From Fimbriosthenelais zetlandica (Eukaryota): a stretch of DNA of 64,000 bases. Position 1 is the stretch's first letter. Each line of letters begins with the position of its first letter. The stretch is taken from assembly GCA_977030845.1 (NCBI GenBank), contig OZ365115.1:8432001-8496000 (forward strand), read 5' to 3'. The translations under genes were made by a program, and so were the position numbers. Shown here piece after piece: positions 62,901 to 64,000 of the stretch. Below the pieces are notes generated by a model. That model saw only the letters and a program-made list of their open reading frames with translations, was not told the origin of the DNA and ran no database searches.

Positions 62901-63710
62901 TTCTACTTCAATAAAAGCCCTTTAAAAGGGTACGTCTTTCCTAAGTATTTAAATATGGCGGTTTTATACATGGAATATAGGAACATTTTAGCCAGATCTT
63001 ATATGAGCTACTCCATGTAATTCATTAAAGCACGCTATAACCCTGCATGAGTGTGACAGCAAGGCCGAATACTCAATAGCCCGCGCTGGCACACGAATGC
63101 AGGGCTAGCATGATTTAGTGCATTTAGTACATTAAATACTGACGCCGGCATTGTAATTGGCCATTTTACATTATCAGAGACTTTGCGTGTAGTAAATCAT
63201 GTTAATTTCTGTCAGATCTTAAGTAGCCATCTCAAGAGTTGCAAGGTTTTTCTAAATTAAAGTACTTTTAAACAGTTTATGGTGGTCTGAGGCCCACTTT
63301 AAACTGTGAAAAAAACAGTTGCATGGATATCAGTTAAATTATCAGGATTTCAGCCACTGTTTTTCAAAATTTAAGATAGGATGTGGGGTTGGTGGTCTGA
63401 CTCCAAATTAAAGGACTTAACTTTAGAAAAAACTTGCGAACTTTTGAGATGACACCTAACAGACATACTTGTTTTAACATATAATTTAGATTCATCTCAC
63501 CATGAAGAGGAGACATTGGGAACCTCTGAGAGCACCACAGCAGCCGAGGAATCCCACCACAAACACAAAGGCTCCCACCACGATGAATAGCCAGGCGGCA
63601 TGGCTGATGAGATCATCTGATTGGTCAATATTCACCACTAACAGATAGTTGACTATCGTCTCGTCCAGTTTCATCCATAATCCAATGCCAAATACTCCAC
63701 CTCCCGCCAA
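59904..63710 (-). CDS. Tetraspanin (copy B); first coding exon lies beyond the window end
   Basis: Exons 63501-63710, 61806-61880, 61519-61617, 61329-61394 (LHCCGALSYEDY), 60477-60620 (VPLSCC), 60271-60354 and 59904-59972, all with phase-0 GT-AG introns at the same positions as copy A. Confidence 0.92.
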
Positions 63711-64000
63711 CTGCAAACAGAAGAGAGGTATGGTAATAAGTTACAGATACTATTTTATACATCAGAATTATTATAAAATGAACAGAAAACAATCTGAATT
63801 AATTTTTGAGAGTCTGAAAGTGGTGGGGTCTGACCCCTTCCCCCAACACACACAGACCCATATATCCGACCCAGAAGGCCCCCTGATCCATTTTAATTCC
63901 TGGCTGGGCAAGAAAATCATGCAGATGAAAACTTGAAGCCAATTTACAAACACATTTTCTGAAGCTGTGCACATTGAGTAACAGGTAAAACCAAGCATGA

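Overview
AT-rich, intron-rich animal genomic DNA. It is probably from an invertebrate such as a lophotrochozoan, but the taxon cannot be fixed from sequence alone. All gene models were built by hand from splice signals and reading frames, without RNA evidence. Genes from left to right: (1) the 3' part of a + strand type-I membrane protein with tandem PLAC-like six-Cys repeats, mucin stalks, a furin site, one TM helix and a Pro-rich tail (1-7622); (2) an intronless GT11 alpha-1,2-fucosyltransferase (27173-28441,+); (3) an intronless TRPV5/6-like channel (29441-31291,-); (4) a complete tetraspanin (33455-41106,-); (5) an apparently complete polycystin-1-like gene (44144-58321,-) with an unusual N-terminal CASPR-type fibrinogen-like domain and candidate GC-AG and GA-AG introns; (6) a second, 5'-truncated tetraspanin paralogue (59904-63710,-). 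The gene-poor 7.7-27 kb interval holds a Tc2/pogo-like MITE (second copy at 56.7 kb), a short conserved-core repeat array, and a ~4.1 kb array of about 20 units that mimic exon/intron pairs. It also holds a very young 5.06 kb non-autonomous LTR retroelement (LTRs identical by eye, tRNA-Trp PBS, PPT, 5-bp TSD, AT-hook/zinc-finger ORF) nested in a minisatellite-bearing Helitron-like element. No prokaryotic systems or CRISPR arrays are supported.
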